Source: Azolla caroliniana
Lineage: Eukaryota > Plantae > Polypodiophyta
Direction of reading: 5' to 3'
Length of the DNA stretch: 64,000 bases
NCBI GenBank assembly: GCA_043228905.1
Contig: JBHGNT010000004.1
Span: 12,214,001-12,278,000 of the forward strand
Both the position numbers and the translations under genes were made by a program. Each line of letters opens with the position of its first letter. Position 1 is the stretch's first letter. Under the pieces are notes generated by a model. It ran no database searches and had not been told where the DNA came from. It saw nothing but the letters and a program-made list of their open reading frames with translations. This document shows, piece after piece, positions 25,141 to 39,535 of the stretch.

Positions 25141-28100
25141 TGTTACGAAGGCGCTCTGGTTCTTCTTTGTGCACAACGGATCGTGATGTGCTGCATCGTT
25201 TAGTGCTCAAGACAGAAAACGAAGGGGAAGGAGACTTACCTCTGTGTAAAACAAACACTTCTATTCCATTACACACAGAGCTCAACTTGCTCTTGTCAGT
25301 TTTCTATTTTCTGTTCACTCTCCTCTTCTCTACTCTCACTCTTACAACTTTTTTCTACTTACTTTTTACCTAAGTTATAAGTGACTTATATATGCAGCTA
25401 ATTAGTTGTCTATAGCTAAATAGCTGTCAGTAGCTAAATAGTTGTTTCACCTTTATGTCCACTAGTAACTAATTAGCTAATGGCTACTATAGCTTATTTC
25501 TCAATAAGCATCACATACCTTTGTTAAGCTTGCTTCTCAACAGTCCCCCTCAAGCTCAACTTATATTTTCTTGGGATCATCTTCAATCTTCTTTTCTTCA
25601 TGTTTTTCAGCTATCATACCAATGCTTATTAATCCCATCATGTGCCTAAACTTTGTATGTTTTTCCATGCTCAATCCTTTCGTAAGAATATCAACTACTT
25701 GTTGATTTGTGCTTACATACAACGGATCCACTTCGTCATCAATCACTTCAATGTGCTTTGTTCTTGCATGGAACACTCGGTTTTTTGCAAGATGAATATT
25801 GCTCATATTGTTGCACCAAATTGTGACTTCACCATCTACATACTCTCCCAAATCAGCAAGAAATCTTCCGATCCATACCTCTTCATAGGTGGTTATTGCA
25901 GCTCCTCTATATTCAGCTTCTGTACTTGATAGTGCAACAGTAGCTTGTTTTTTGCTACTCTATGAAATAGCTGCACTTCCCAATGTAAAGATATATCCAC
26001 TTGTGGATCTTCTATCAGTTTGGCTTCTAGCCCAATCAACATCTGTATATCCTTTTAGCTTTATGTCCAGATCAGCCCTGTAAAACAATCCATAATTTTG
26101 AGTAGCTTTTACATACCTCAAAATTCTTCTCATGCAATCCAAATGTGGCTTTGTTGGCTATTGCATAAAGTAGCTGACTAATCCAATAGCATAACTCAAA
26201 TCATGTCTTGTTATGGTCAAATATATGAGGCTGCCCACCATAGACCTGTACATGTTTACACCTTCTATTTTGGCTCCCAAATCAGCCCTCAATTTGCAGT
26301 TCTTATCTAGTGGTATACCAATAGGTTTTCATCTAAGCATACCATACTTCTTTAGCATAGTTGTTGCATATTGTTTTTGCAACATATATATACCACTTTC
26401 AGATCTGATCATGTTTACATCTTCTATTTTGGCTCCCAAATCAGCCCTCAATTTGCAGTTCTTATCTAGTGGTATACCAATAGGTTTGCATCTAAGCATA
26501 CCATACTTATTTAGCATAGTTGTTGCATATTGTTTTTGCAACGTATATATACCACTTTCAGATCTGATCATCTCAATGCGAAGAAAGTATCTCAGCTCTC
26601 CCAAATCCTTCATATGAAATTGCATTTCAAGATTTTTTTTCCATACGATCACCTCCGATGATTAAATCATCTACATAAATCAAAATTACAACAATACAAT
26701 CATTTATCCGTTTTACATATAATGATGGATCAACCTTTGACATTTTAAAAGCAAATTTTTCAGAGATTCTGAAAGTTCTTTAGGCCATGCTCTTGGTGCT
26801 TATTTTAGTCCATTCAGAGCCTTTTTCAGCCTACATACATATTCAGGATGCTTCTTATCTTCAAAACCTAGTGGTTGACACATATACACTTCTTCTTCAA
26901 AGTTACGATGTAAAAAAACATTTTTTACATCCATATGGTGCAGAACCCATCTTTTGGTTGCACTCACAACAAGTAGTGTTCTCAAGGTTGCCATTTTTGC
27001 AACTGGTGCAAATGTTTCATCATAATCAATTCCATGCATCTAGGCATATCCCTTTGCCAAAAGTCTTGTTTTATGTCTACTAACATTTCCATTGGAATCC
27101 TGCTTTGTCTTGTCGACCCATTTGCAACCTACAACATTTTTTCCTTTTGGTAACTTTACCAAATCTCATGTTCTATTTTCAACCAATGCATCTATTTCTT
27201 TATGCATTGCATTCACCCATTTCTTATCAGATTTTGTTTCATCAAAACTATTTTGATTGGGGATTTGTACCACTTTAGACATGTATGCATAATACATAGC
27301 CATATATGTGTCATAACCAAATCTTTCAACAGTCTTTTTCTCTCTATCTGATCTTCTTAATTTCTGATTTGCATCCTTCATTGCTTTTTCCATACCAGGG
27401 ATTTTCATGGCTTGTCTACCAAGCTCATCATCCAATGATGTATCTGAATCTACATCTTCCATGTTTCTAGATCCATCATCAAGCATTTCATATTTTGGCA
27501 TATTCTATTTTCCCTTTTTATCATCACATTTTTTGTGTCTTGCATTTTTTCCGCTCCATGCATTAGATGCAGATTTACTACCTGAGCTTCCAGATGGTCA
27601 AGTACATTCCATTGATGTGGAACTTTGTTGTCCAACATTGTTTCCATCTCCATGGCAATCTCTTCCATTTTCAGATTTTTCTCTATCTTAATTCTCACAG
27701 CCTTCATCAATTTCTACATTTTCTATTGGGTTGTACCAGCTGCCCAACTCATCAAATATTACATCACGTCTTACCACAATCTTTTTTGTCAAAGGGTTAT
27801 AGCATCTATACGCTTTTTGCTCCTCTGAATATCCAACAAGAACACATTTTTCAGTTTTTGGGTCAAGCTTACTTCTTACTTCAACAGGTACATGAACATA
27901 GGCAAGGCATCCAAACATTTTCAAGTGTCCTAAACTAGGTTTCCTTCCATGGAAACATTCTTGAGGAGTTACTTCATGTACTCCAGATATTATACATCTA
28001 TTTAGAATATAATTTGTTACGTTTATAGCTTCTGCCCAGTAATGCAATGGCATATTTTTTTCTATCATTAAAGCTCTTGCTATGTTCACCAAAGTTCAAT

Positions 28101-28155
28101 TTTTTCTCTCAACAACTCCATTTTGTTGTGGAGTATATCTACATGTAAAATGTCT
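25141..28155 (-). mobile_element. Copia element I, 5'-truncated (IN, RT, RH, PPT, 3' LTR 25141-25542)
   Basis: YWAEAINVTNY; HGIDYDETFAPVAKM; GYTDVDWA; HARTKHIEV; GAGCTTGAGGGGGAC then TGTTGAG…TAACA; AT-rich. Confidence 0.92.
26251..26571 (-). repeat. 159-bp (53-codon) in-frame tandem duplication in the RT of I
   Basis: Copies start at 26251 and 26410. Confidence 0.92.
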
Positions 28156-31100
28156 CCTGTTCCGAAGGGAGGACCGATACCGACCAGAACGTGGGGATCA
28201 GTACAATGATAGAAGACGGGACGCCTATGAGCGCGATCAACAACAACCGATGCAGGGAGGGCTACAACCGAGATCGGTATGTACGGGACTACTCTCCGAA
28301 TTACGACCGGAGAAGGGATGCTTATGACCAGGACCGGTACGGTAGGAACAAGGAACGGTGACCGGTATGATCGTGATTACTCTCCAAGATACAACCAGAG
28401 GAGAGACAATCAACGAGGACACTACGAAGACCGGCACCAGCAAGGTTACAAGAACAACCGACGCCGGCGGAGTGGGAAGCACAGGAGGCCATACGGAAAT
28501 AGATCACCGAATGGATTGAAAAGGCCAACGATCGCAATGTCACCGAAATGAAAGAGCATACGAATGTAGTGGAGGAACTCACCGTAAAGGCACAATCGGA
28601 GAACCCCACGTGGCAAGCACTTCAGGAATGCCAAATCACGTTACCACTGAGCCGGTTACTACAACTAGTGCCCCGGTTCACCGACGGGTTGAAATAGGCA
28701 TTGGCTCTGTTAAGTCCTGCACCAGCTCCGACATTCTTTTCAAATCCGGAGGAAGGACTGGTAGTGGTGAACACCAACAGTCCTACAATCACTGTGATTA
28801 TTAAAGGACGGGAGCTACCGAGTACGATAGTCGATGGTGGATCAGGAGTAAACGTCATAAGACTCTGGGCATGCGACACTTTGGGAATTTGAGAGTGGGC
28901 AGACACCAGCTCAGTCCGACCGACCGGCTTGATCCGAGACTTGGAGGTAACGATCGGAGGCCATGCTTTCCGAATTTCTGCGGTAGTCCTCCAAATGAAC
29001 GCACAAGGGGAATACTCACTACTGCTGGGACGACCATGGCTGAGGACTACCCATATCAAACAGAATTGGCAGAAGAACAATATAAAGTTCCGAAGAGGGA
29101 AAACAAAAGTAAGAGTACCCACGCAACCGCAAGCAGGCCCCAGCAAAGACGTAACCCCACTATATGCTGAAAGCGTGAACATGCTGGCAGGATTGGCTGA
29201 CGAGGAGGTGGATCGCTACCTTGAAGAGAACCCAAGGATAGTCCCTGTGTTCGAAGTGGACGTGGCAGAAGCGGTAGCTCCATATATTGTGCAGATGGAA
29301 GAGGCCGGCGAGGAACCGAAAAAGGATGCAATCCGGGAACTGCGGCAAGCATAGGAAACCTTGGAACGGGAAATGGTAGTATCCCAACTAGTAAAGGCGT
29401 CCCAACTAGAAGAACTAAATTTGGGCACCGGAGAGGAAGCGCGTCTGGTACACGTGGCCAAGGAGATGTCACCGGAAGACAAATCGGCAATGATAACATT
29501 ATTAAAAGAAGATATGCGGGGGACTTGACCCCCAACTCTATCAACACCAGATTCACCTCAACAAGGACGCTAAGCCGGTGGCACAGTGACGCTATCGGAT
29601 GAACCCAAACTACGTAGCAAGAGTAAAGGAGGAAATTGACAAGCTACTCCGAGTCGGCTTTATCTGGTCGGTGAAGAAAGCCACTTGGCTAAGTCCAATT
29701 GTCGTAGTGTCGAAGAAGAACGGCAAGATCTGTGTCTGCGTGGATTACCATAAATTGAATGCGGCAACGGTTACTGATGCATTTCCGCTTCCGTTTACAG
29801 ATGGAGTTTTAGATGCGGTAGCTAGGCACGAGGTTTATAGCTTCCTTGAAGGTTTCAGTGGATATAACCAAATAAGGATGCACCCGGATGATCAAGAAAA
29901 GATGGCGTTCATGACAAAATGGGGGGAGTCTTTGTAGCAGTTGTAATGATGTTCGGACTCAAGACGGTGCCGAAAACCTTTTAGAGGATTATTATCGAAA
30001 TATTTGGAGAATTTACTGGCATTTATGCAAGTATTCCTAGATGACTTCGTAGTATATAGCCGGAAAGGGGAACATCTCGACCATCTCAAGTTATTCTTAG
30101 AAAAGTGCAGAGGATACCGGTTAAGCTTAAACCCGGCAAAATGCGTCTTCGGTGGGACCAGCGACACATTGGTTGGTCATATTGTTAGCAGGGGAGGGAT
30201 TGCCTCTGACCCGGATAAGGTCAAGGCTATTTTGCAGGTACCGACACCAACGACCACCAAGGCTTTAAGCAGGTTCTTAGGACAGATCCGGTGGCATAGC
30301 CAGATGCTCCGGTACTTAGCAGACCTCGCCACGCCACTACACGCAGTTGTACACCGGACATCGTTTAAATGGACAGATGATGAGGACAAGGCTTACCGTG
30401 CACTCAAGGCAAGGCTATCACAAGCACCAGTGGTGCAACCCCCGGACTGGTCAAAAGAGTCCCATGTCTTGGTGGACGCGTCGGATATCACAATCGATAG
30501 TGTACTCATGCAACTTACCGAACCTAAGTGGTACCGGCCGGTGTATTATGCTAGTTGGAAGCTGTCAAAGGCAGAGCAAAATTATCCACTACGGAAAGAG
30601 AAGCCCTAGGAATGATATACAGTGTCACCAAATACCGTCATTATTTGTTGGGCCACAAGTTTTCATTCCATGTAGACTATTCGGCGCTTTTATACTTGGT
30701 CTCGAAGGCATGACTCACTGGCAAGCTAGCCCGGTGGACATTATTATTACAAGAATTTGAATTTGAGATCTATCACTAGCAGGGTATACAACATGTGGTT
30801 GCCAATTACTTGAGCCGGTTAGAATCTGAAGAAACCGGTGACGGTGTTCAAGATGAATTTCTGTATGCCGAATTGTTTAATATTATAGGGGAAACCATGG
30901 TAGATAGGACAGTCGCGGACGGGGACAAATGGTTAACGAATATGCACCAGTTCTTAAGCATCGGACTACCCCCAGAGGAGATGAACCGGGATGAACGTAA
31001 ACGGTTGGTGGTGCAAAGCCGTCACTTTTGTCTAGTGCAGGATACACTGTATCATAAAGGAGCAGACGACAGATGGCGGCGTGTGGTTCGGAGTAATGAA

Positions 31101-32136
31101 AAAGACACCATTTTATAGGAAGTGCATTGTGGGGTCGCCGGAGGACATTATGCCGGAGAAGCCACGGCTAGGAAAATATGGCGCAGCGGCTGATGGTGGC
31201 CAACAACACTAAACGAATCGGTCCGATATATGAAGGAATATGATATATGTCAAAGAATGGGCCAACCAACCAACAAGCGTGCAGGTCACACCAGCCGGTA
31301 CTACCTCTAGAGCCATTCCAGAAATTGGGGCTAGACTTCATTGGACCATTCAAGCCACCGACAATGCGAACCGGCAATAGGTACATAATTGTCGCCAAAG
31401 GTTACTGTACAAAATGGGTGGAAGCCAAAGCACTACATGACAATACCGCGATGTCGACAACAAAGTTCCTGTACGAGTACATCTGGTGCCAATATGGATG
31501 TCCAATCGAATTAATTAGCGACCAAGGTGGACCCTTCCTCGGCCAAGTGGTGGAAATCCTAACAACATTCTATGTGGTCGTACACAAGCGAAGCACCCCT
31601 TATTACCCACAGGCCAACGGATTGGCCGAATCCACCAATAAACCTCTACAAAACATTCTCCAGAAGATTGTCAACGAGAACCACACCGATTGGGATACAA
31701 AGCTACACAACGCATTATGGGCTTACCAGACGGCATACAAAACAAGTATCCAGACAACACCATTCCGGTTAGTGTTTGGTCTCGAAGCAGCGATGCCACT
31801 AGAACTCCAGATTCCAAGCTTACGAATACAGGTCCGAGAGCGGCTGAGCGAGAAGCAGTCGGAAAAAATCCGGTTAGCAATACTATGTGAGCTGGAGGAG
31901 CACCGAATAGTGAGCATAATGCAGATGGAACTCGAGCAATGACGAAGGAAAGCATTCGTCGACCGTCACCAGAAGGGTAACGAGAAGATGTTTGGAATCA
32001 GCAAGCCGGTACTAGTGTTCCAGACCCAGATGGGCAAGATGCCGGGGAAGCTACTATTCCGGTGGACTGGACCATATTGGATAACGTGAGAGTTCAAGGG
32101 CTCATATCAGCTAGGAATGCTAGTCGGCGAGGTGCT
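28156..32136 (+). mobile_element. Gypsy element J (Arg group): gag tail, PR, RT, RH, IN; cut by K
   Basis: IVDGGSGVN protease; EEIDKLL..WLSPIVVV..CVDYHKLN; FLDDF; LDFIGPF..ISDQG..PQANGLAE. Confidence 0.93.
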
Positions 32137-32605
32137 TGTTACCGATTAGGAACACTGTCTACGCTTAGTCCTTAGATGTAGAACTCAAGGTGACTGTGTT
32201 ACAAGGAATGGAATAGTCGTACCGTAAATCGTAATGGGATACTCCCTCGTATCCTAGTAGCGTATGAGGGAGACGGCTACAACCGAACTCCTTAGGAAGT
32301 GCACTACTATCCGCACTTACACCTACACCCTTACGATTAATAGTACACTACAGAGAAACAAAGAACGCAATAGATAAAACCACAAATATGCACAAAGATC
32401 CGAGAAGATAGTATTCTATCAGGAAAAACACTCTATGCACCAAAATTACCCGCTACCTCTTACAGAGGATTTATGCCCTTTATATACACAGGGCTTTTAG
32501 CCGTTCACGCTTCCCGCGTGAACCGTTACATGCGTTTCTTAACGCTTTACTATATTATAATGCTTCTGCGCTTCTGTCCGTCGATTACTATTCCGGCAGA
32601 CAACA
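32137..32605 (-). repeat. 3' LTR of K
   Basis: TGTTA…CAACA; colinear with 4025-4465. Confidence 0.88.
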
Positions 32606-32607
32606 CC

Positions 32608-32648
32608 TGGCACGCCTGTGGGACAGTGCCATGGTACGTCGGACCCAT
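32608..32648 (-). promoter_or_regulatory. tRNA-3'-end mimic at the PPT position of K
   Basis: Element strand ATGGGTCCGACGTACCATGGCACTGTCCCACAGGCGTGCCA, 2 nt, then the LTR. Confidence 0.75.
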
Positions 32649-32699
32649 CCCTTTATTCTTCCTCCAAAATAACACGGATGTTTGGTTCCGCTCCAATGT

Positions 32700-35406
32700 A
32701 CTGGTCCGGGGATGACGTAGTGTCCGTAGGCGCGTCGTTACGTGGTTGCATGTCTTTTCCTTGCTTGATGGGGCTTTTCATGGCGTCACCATCTCACTGT
32801 GTGGGCGAACCGGGCTCTACTGGCTCATTCCGTTCTATTGTGGCTGACTCTTCTGTCTGCGGGTTCTCGGTAGGCTAAGGCTCTGTCCTGTCCGTAACTT
32901 CCTCAGTGTTGGTGGTCGTAGTTGTCCTCTCCGGTGAATTGGGCTGAGGTTTGTCCTGTTCGGCGGTATCACTTTCCGGTATCGTGATGGGGTTCGCTCT
33001 TTGTCGCGTGCTGCCTACCGTAGTTGTTATCTCCGGTGAGGTGGGCTGAGGTTCCTCCTGCTTGCATGATTCGGTGAAACATATCCTCTTGACTTTCACC
33101 AAAATTGTCCAATAGTTGCGCGAGTTCCTCGGAGTGCTGGTCCGCTAGCGTGCGATAATCCTGTGCTAGGTCCTCGCATACTAACACAATGCCATCCTCA
33201 TTCAATTTGTAGAAACCTTGGCCGTCTTTCCTACAGTTCTCCCATTCTGCCCGGTAGGTATGCAACTCCGCCGCTTGTGTTGCCCACGCCAGCTAGCCTT
33301 TGTCTAGCGCCACTTGTAATTGCGCCGTAAACCTCTCCCGATTTGTTTGAAGAAGTATGCGCATGTTGTCGGTTATTACTTGGCAGCGGTTTTGCGCTTC
33401 TTCTAGGGTTTTCTTGAGGTTTTTGATTTCTTGCTTTCTGACCACTGTTGCTTCCTCATAATTGCTCTTCATTCCTGTCCATATTTGAGATTCCTTCGAG
33501 TGTAATTCCTCCAGTCGGCCCATTTCATTGTTTAGGCGAATTTCGACGTAATGCGTCACCTCCTGTTCCCATACGAGCTACTCGTCGTACCACACTTTGT
33601 TCTTTACCAATAACACCCGGAGTCCTGTGATCATCATTTCCGACTTTTGGGCTTCCTCGTATAGTTTGGTGTTTTCTTCTTTCGTGCGGGTGTGCCCCGC
33701 TGCCTCTGCTTCGAGTTTCTCTTCGAGGGCATTCACTGCCTTTCGGCCTTTGGTCCGGATGTCCTTTTCTCTGTCGGAGGATTGGTGGAGTTCGGAGCGG
33801 AGGTGGTCAATCTCGGATTCCGCCAGCTGCATGACCCTCTTTGCTTTTGAGGCGATGGCGATCTGGGCTTCAACCTCTTCTCTTAGGGACTAGGCCTCGG
33901 CGGTGTTGTCTGTTGGTCGAGATTCCTGTTGTGCCGTAGTTGCGCTCAGTTCCAACTAAGCGATGCGTTTGTTAGCCTTTTGTAGCTTAGCTTGGGTCTA
34001 TTTCACTGTCTTCCAAACAGTTCCCTATGTCTTTGGTGTCGATACTGACCTTAGCCAGTTCCCTATGGACCTCGACGAGTCCGTCCAATGGGGGTAGTTC
34101 AATTCCCATTCGTCGTATACCGACATTCCGTTGTATGCCTACTCTGACCAACGGCCCCTCATCCTCGCTTTCCGCCATTCTTGTTAGCGCGCGCTCAATC
34201 ATTTGTTCTTCGGCATGCTCCTTGGCCATCCATTGTGAAAACTTTATTTGTTGCGTCGCCAAAAATTCCATGAGTTCGTAAGTAGTTCTGAACTGTAAAA
34301 GTGCGCCAAACTCATGGTTTGTGTCCAAAATGTGCGGATACTTCAGGACCTCGCTTTCCGCCGTAAACACTCCTTTCCCCCACTGTGACTGGGCCGTAAT
34401 AATCGGCTGTGGTTCCCAGATTATTTCAAAAGTGGTGTTGGGCTCCGTAGTTGCGGAACTGTCGACCAAGGTGGTCGTGTCAATGTCCGCGATTGTGTCT
34501 TTGTTCGTGGTTGTGTCTTTGACTAATCCTCGCCCATCTTTCCTCTCTAGCCTACGTCGTTTCGGCCTCGGGCTTTCCTGGCGTTGCTCGGCTTCTTGCT
34601 CCTATGGAGCTTCCTCCCTGCTCACCGGCCGTTCTCCTTGTGTTGTCTGCCTGCTGGATTGGGAAGCGTGGGAATCTTCTTCCCATTCCGTGGTAGCCAA
34701 CTCCGCTAACCTCTGTTTCGTGGAACGTGGCGGCGGCGTGGGTTTGTTGGGCTGTGGTGCGGGCAGACCTCGGGAAGGAAATAGTATCGTCAGATACTGT
34801 TGTATGATTGGCCTTAGCTTTTTGCCGCCTTGATACGCCTACAGGCCTTCTCGTAACGCTGGTCCCGTAATTACCCCCCAATCGACCGTGCGCCCTTCGA
34901 AGGTATCAATGATGATGCATGCCTTCTGCTTTGGCATCCCATATGAATTTATATGCACACATCCTACCTCCAACAAGAACTTGGCTATTTCGTGAAAGAA
35001 GGGGTCGAGGATTTCCTCATTCTATATGCTTTGGCAGACGTCGAATATGCCCCGAAATATCTCTGCAAGGTTTCCGCAAGAGGGATATCGAAATGTCTTT
35101 CTCCAAGCGATGACTAGTCAAGCTTCTTCCGGATGGATGTGTTGGTGATCGTGTCTATATTGAGTTTCCTAGCAATGTCCAGGGCTTCAGGGTGAGTAGG
35201 TGCCCCAACAACATTGATGTATCCATCCAGTCGCTTTTCGACGAGCCATCTACGTAAGGCGGCAGAAATAGTGATCGGCATCGTAGGTAGGTGAGACTCG
35301 TGGGGAGTGGGTGAAGTTTGTTGGCTATGACGAACGTGGGCTCTGTGGTCTGATGGAGAGGAAGGTGAGTGAGGAGAGCGACGAGAGCGAGGAGGGTTAG
35401 AGCCAT
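32700..35406 (-). pseudogene. Extra (non gag-pol) ORF of K: hydrophobic N-terminus, VDWG domain, long coiled coil, TQAAEL/FYKL domain
   Basis: Fragments 35155-35406, ~34780-35110, 33987-34469, 33578-33832, 33293-33559, 32969-33265; C-terminal part homologous to 41059-41460. Confidence 0.7.
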
Positions 35407-36832
35407 TTGCCTGTGGGTAATAAGACTCCCTTAGTCACTGATGAGCTCGATAGGACAGCCAAAACGACACTAGAAATGTTCGTAAAGAAATTTCGTCGTG
35501 ACTGCCGCGGTGTTTTCACGTAGTGTTTTTGCTTCTACCCAGTTGGTGCAGTAATCCATAGCCACCAGGATATACTTATTGCCAATTCGGGCTGCTGCCG
35601 GTGTAAAGGCCCCCACTTTTGGAAAGGATCCAACGGCAACACCGGTTGATGTGGCATTCCCGCAACTTCCGTGGGCTGGCCCATCCGTTGACATAAATCA
35701 CACTATTTGCAATATTCATACACATCATTTTGCATAGTAGGCTACCAAAGTCCTGCTTGCCAGATTTTCCGAGCCGTAACATCGCCCGCGTAATGTCCTC
35801 CCGCCATACCACAATGAGCTTCGCATAAAAGAGTTGCCTTCTCATCCTGATGTATTCCGTGCCGCCATATGCCGTCACTGCCTTTGTGATATAGGATGTC
35901 TTCGACAAAACAGAAATTACGACCCTGGACGGCCAACCATTTTTTCTCGTTCGTCCTTAATTATGGTGGAGGTAACCCGGTGGTCAGAAAGTAGGTCATT
36001 TCCATCAACCACCGATACGGAAAAGTCTTTTCGGTTCTTGTTGCTAAAGTTGTTATTCACAGAATGTCCGCATCCGAAAAGTCGTCATCATCCTTTTGTG
36101 CCATTTCTCCATTATCTAATCTGCTCAAGAAATCCGCCACCGCGTGTTGCGTACCCGGTTGGTGCTGAATTACGAAGTCGAATCTTGGAGCAACAACATC
36201 CATCTAGCCAATTTTCCTGTCAGTGCCTATTTCCCCACCAGATATAGCAATGTCGTATGATCCACGTTAAACATGAGTTTTCGCCCTAGCAGATAATGCC
36301 AGAATTTATTGATGTTGTAAAACATTCTAAACGCTTCACATTCCGTTGTGGAATAGTTACGCTCAGCTGTTGAGAGTTTCCGATTGGTGTAGTACACTGG
36401 TTTGTACCAATTCGGCTCCGTGAGCTGCATCAACGCACTACCTATTGCTATATCTGAGGCATCCACAACAACGTGAAATGGTTTTGCCCAACCTGGTGGT
36501 TGTACGACCGGTGCCTGTGTTAGCATTATATTTTAGTGCATCATACGCCTTTACTTCCGTTGTTGTCCATTTGAAAGGAGTACGGTGGACGGTGGCATGT
36601 AATTGTGTGGCGAAATCCGCCAAATAGCGTATCATCCGACAATTCCATCGTATTTGTCCTCGAAACCGGTTGAGTGCTTTGGCATTTGTCGGTGTTCTTG
36701 CGTGAGTAATCGTGGAGATTTTGTTTGGATCTACCGCTATCCCCTCCTTACTGACTATGTGGCCGAGGAAGGCTCCATTGGTGACGTCGAAGGCGCATTT
36801 GGTGGGATTCAGGCTTAAGCGTGAAGTTCAGT

Positions 36833-39069
36833 TGTTAGCTAGCCGGCAAGGAGTGGAGGACAGTCCAAAAGGTGAAAGGGTAGGAATTATCAGAAGTTGT
36901 TATTAGAGTAATTAGTAATTAAGTATATTTTGAGAAGTGAATGGATGGACCGGAATCAGTATGCCGATCCGGATCCGGACCGGTTCATAGTAGTGTGCCG
37001 GTTGGCACCATTTTGTATGTAGAGCCGGTGATCTATAAAAAGGCCCGGTTACATTGTAAATCAAGACGGATAATTAATAAAGCTCTATTGTCTAATCTTT
37101 GTGTATTGATTGTCATTTTGTGCTAATTACTTTCTATCTTACGCGTGTATTAAGATTCATGATATGTTGCTTAAGTAGCCGATATAGGTCTGATTAATCG
37201 TCGGTCTAACTCTCTGTCATCGTAACACCCTTTGGTGAAGTGTTTTCCGTAGACACCTTGTGTTAGGCTATTGTCCGGCCCTTAGGAGTAACACAGTTTT
37301 TGGTGACCACGATTACTGCATAAGCGTAGCGAACAACGGCGGAAACAGAGATAGAGAGGCTCAAAGAAGAGCTTCGGCAACAAAAGGATAGGGAAGACCG
37401 AGCTTGCCACCAAATCAATCAGAAGTTGAAGTAGAAAATAGACGATTTTGACTGCCTGCATTAGGATTATAAACATGTCAAGACGGAATACAAGAAACTT
37501 ATCACTCACAACGACCGGCAGCAGAAGAAGATGTTCGAGCTCCGAAATGAAGTGCAACGGGCAAAAACGGCACTAGCGGAAGAACGGGCTAAGAAGGAAA
37601 CCATATGAGCGGAAGCGGCGCAAGAACGCCTGGAACTCCAGATGCAACATCATGAGGAAACGGAATGCGCCACCATGGTCTTACAAAGAGTGCAGACAAC
37701 TTATCAGAATCTATGGGTGCACTACAAGGACCATGAGGTGGTAACTGCGAACCTGATCAAACAGTTGAAAGATGAACGGTAGGCCACAAAAGACAAATCA
37801 AAGATGGGGCTGGAGTGGATCCGGTGCATTGTACAAGCATGGAAGAATCGAACGAAGCGATTGATTGAAGACAACTCAGTATTATGGTGGTCGAAATGGG
37901 CGAAGCATGCTGCCGAGCTATAGTTGCTGAGGGCAGACGCAGAAAACCAGCAAAGGGAAGGAGATGAGTTCTATAAGCTGGAAAAGGAAGACTTTGCTGC
38001 CGTGAAAGATGAATCGGCAGATGACTTCGTAGTGTTAGCTGATGAACAGATAGTAGTGGTCTAGCAACTAGTAGCACAACTGGACGATGATCGGCTGGGT
38101 AACCAAATCCGGTTTGAAAGTTACAAAAAGGAGAGGCTATCGCAAAAGGCGACGACGAATGCGGCAAAAATCAATCTCAGTAATGAAGTGCCATCATCGG
38201 AGCAAAGGACGGACATAAGCAAGGCTGGGACAAGCCAACCGGATTTAACTCAGGAGGAGCAGAAGGGAGGAATATCCGCAATAACCGCCGACACCGGGAG
38301 TCAGACAACAGCTATCGGAGGAGCCACGCTCAGAAGAGTCGGAGACCGCGCAACAGTAGGAGCAACGCCTAGTAGGAGCCGGAGATCGTGTAAGAGCAGG
38401 ACCAACAGTAACAGCCAACGGAGCAGCAGCCAAAGCAACAACCACAACCAACGGAGCAACAGCAGGAGGAGCAACAACAACAGTACGATCAGCTTTCCGA
38501 AGAACCCTTAGAGCCCCTCGATCAGAGCATTCTGAACATTTTGGACAAGGATTGAAGGCTGGATAATGGGATTCGACGTACAAGGTATTGTCCCACGGGC
38601 GTGCCATGTGTTAGCTAGCCGGCAAGGAGTGGAGGACAGTCCAGAAGGTGAAAGGGTAGGAATTATCGGAAGCTGTTATTACAGTAATTAGTAATTAAGT
38701 ATATTTTGAGAAGTGAATGGATGGACCTGGATCGGTATGCTGATTCGGATCCGGACTGGTTCATAGTAGTGTGCCGGTTGGCACCGTTTTGTATGCAGAG
38801 CCGGTGATCTATAAAAAGGTCGAGTTACATTGTAAATCAAGACGGATAATTAATAAAGCTCTATTGTCTAATCTCTGTGTATTGATTGTTGTTCTGTGTT
38901 AATTACTTTCTATCTTACGTGTGTATTAAGATTCATGATATGTTGCTTAAGTAGCCGATATAGGTCTGATTAATCGTTGGTCTAACTCTCTGTCACCGTA
39001 ACACCCTTTGGTGAAGTGTCTTCCGTAGACACCCTGTGTAAGGCTATTGTCCGGCCCTTAGGAGTAACA
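36833..39069 (+). mobile_element. Non-autonomous Arg-group element L (461-bp LTRs), retaining only the end of the extra ORF
   Basis: LTRs 36833-37293 and 38609-39069; PBS remnant TGGTGACCAC 37301-37310; inserted in the RT of K; TSD weak (TCAGT/TCAAC). Confidence 0.92.
38566..38606 (+). promoter_or_regulatory. tRNA-3'-end mimic at the PPT position of L
   Basis: ATGGGATTCGACGTACAAGGTATTGTCCCACGGGCGTGCCA, TG, then LTR. Confidence 0.78.
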
Positions 39070-39535
39070 TCAACAACGCTCCAAGCAAAGCCGTAGATGC
39101 GTAAAATGTTCGGTTGTTGTCCCATACACCATAATATCATCTTAAAAGACCTGTGATTGTCTGCTGAAATGTAGCCAGCGCCATCTTTAGCCCGAACATC
39201 ATGATGATCGTGACATAAATTCCCCAGTCCGTGACAAATGTCGTCTTTTCTTGGTTGTTGGGGTGCATGCACAGTTAATTGTACCCACTGAAGCTGTCTA
39301 GAAAGTTGTTAATGTAGAAAACTCTGCATGTCATGCCCTACTACTGCATCCAGTACGTTGTCGGTGAAAGGTAAAGGGAACACATATGTAATAGTTACGG
39401 CATTCAATTTCCGGTAGTCCACGCACACATGTATTTTTCCATGTTTCTTTGGTACAACTACTATTGAGCTTAGCCATGTAGCTTGTTTGACTGGTCTAAT
39501 GAATCTGGCCTTGAGAAGTTTGTCAATTTCCTCTT

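Larger units (their letters stand above)
32137..39535 (-). mobile_element. Gypsy element K (Arg group): 3' LTR, extra ORF, IN/RH/RT; contains L; 5' half lost
   Basis: LTR 32137-32605 is homologous to the A LTR; pol fragments at 35430-36830 and 39070-39535. Confidence 0.9.

Noticed and set aside
32608-32625. Ordinary PBS of a plus-strand element starting at the 32137 LTR
   Set aside because: LTR orientation (same as A), pol polarity and extra-ORF polarity all place this LTR as the 3' LTR of a minus-strand element.
35155-35406. True retroviral env gene
   Set aside because: Only a hydrophobic N-terminus is visible; there is no C-terminal TM segment or fusion-protein motif, so it is kept as an extra ORF of unknown function.
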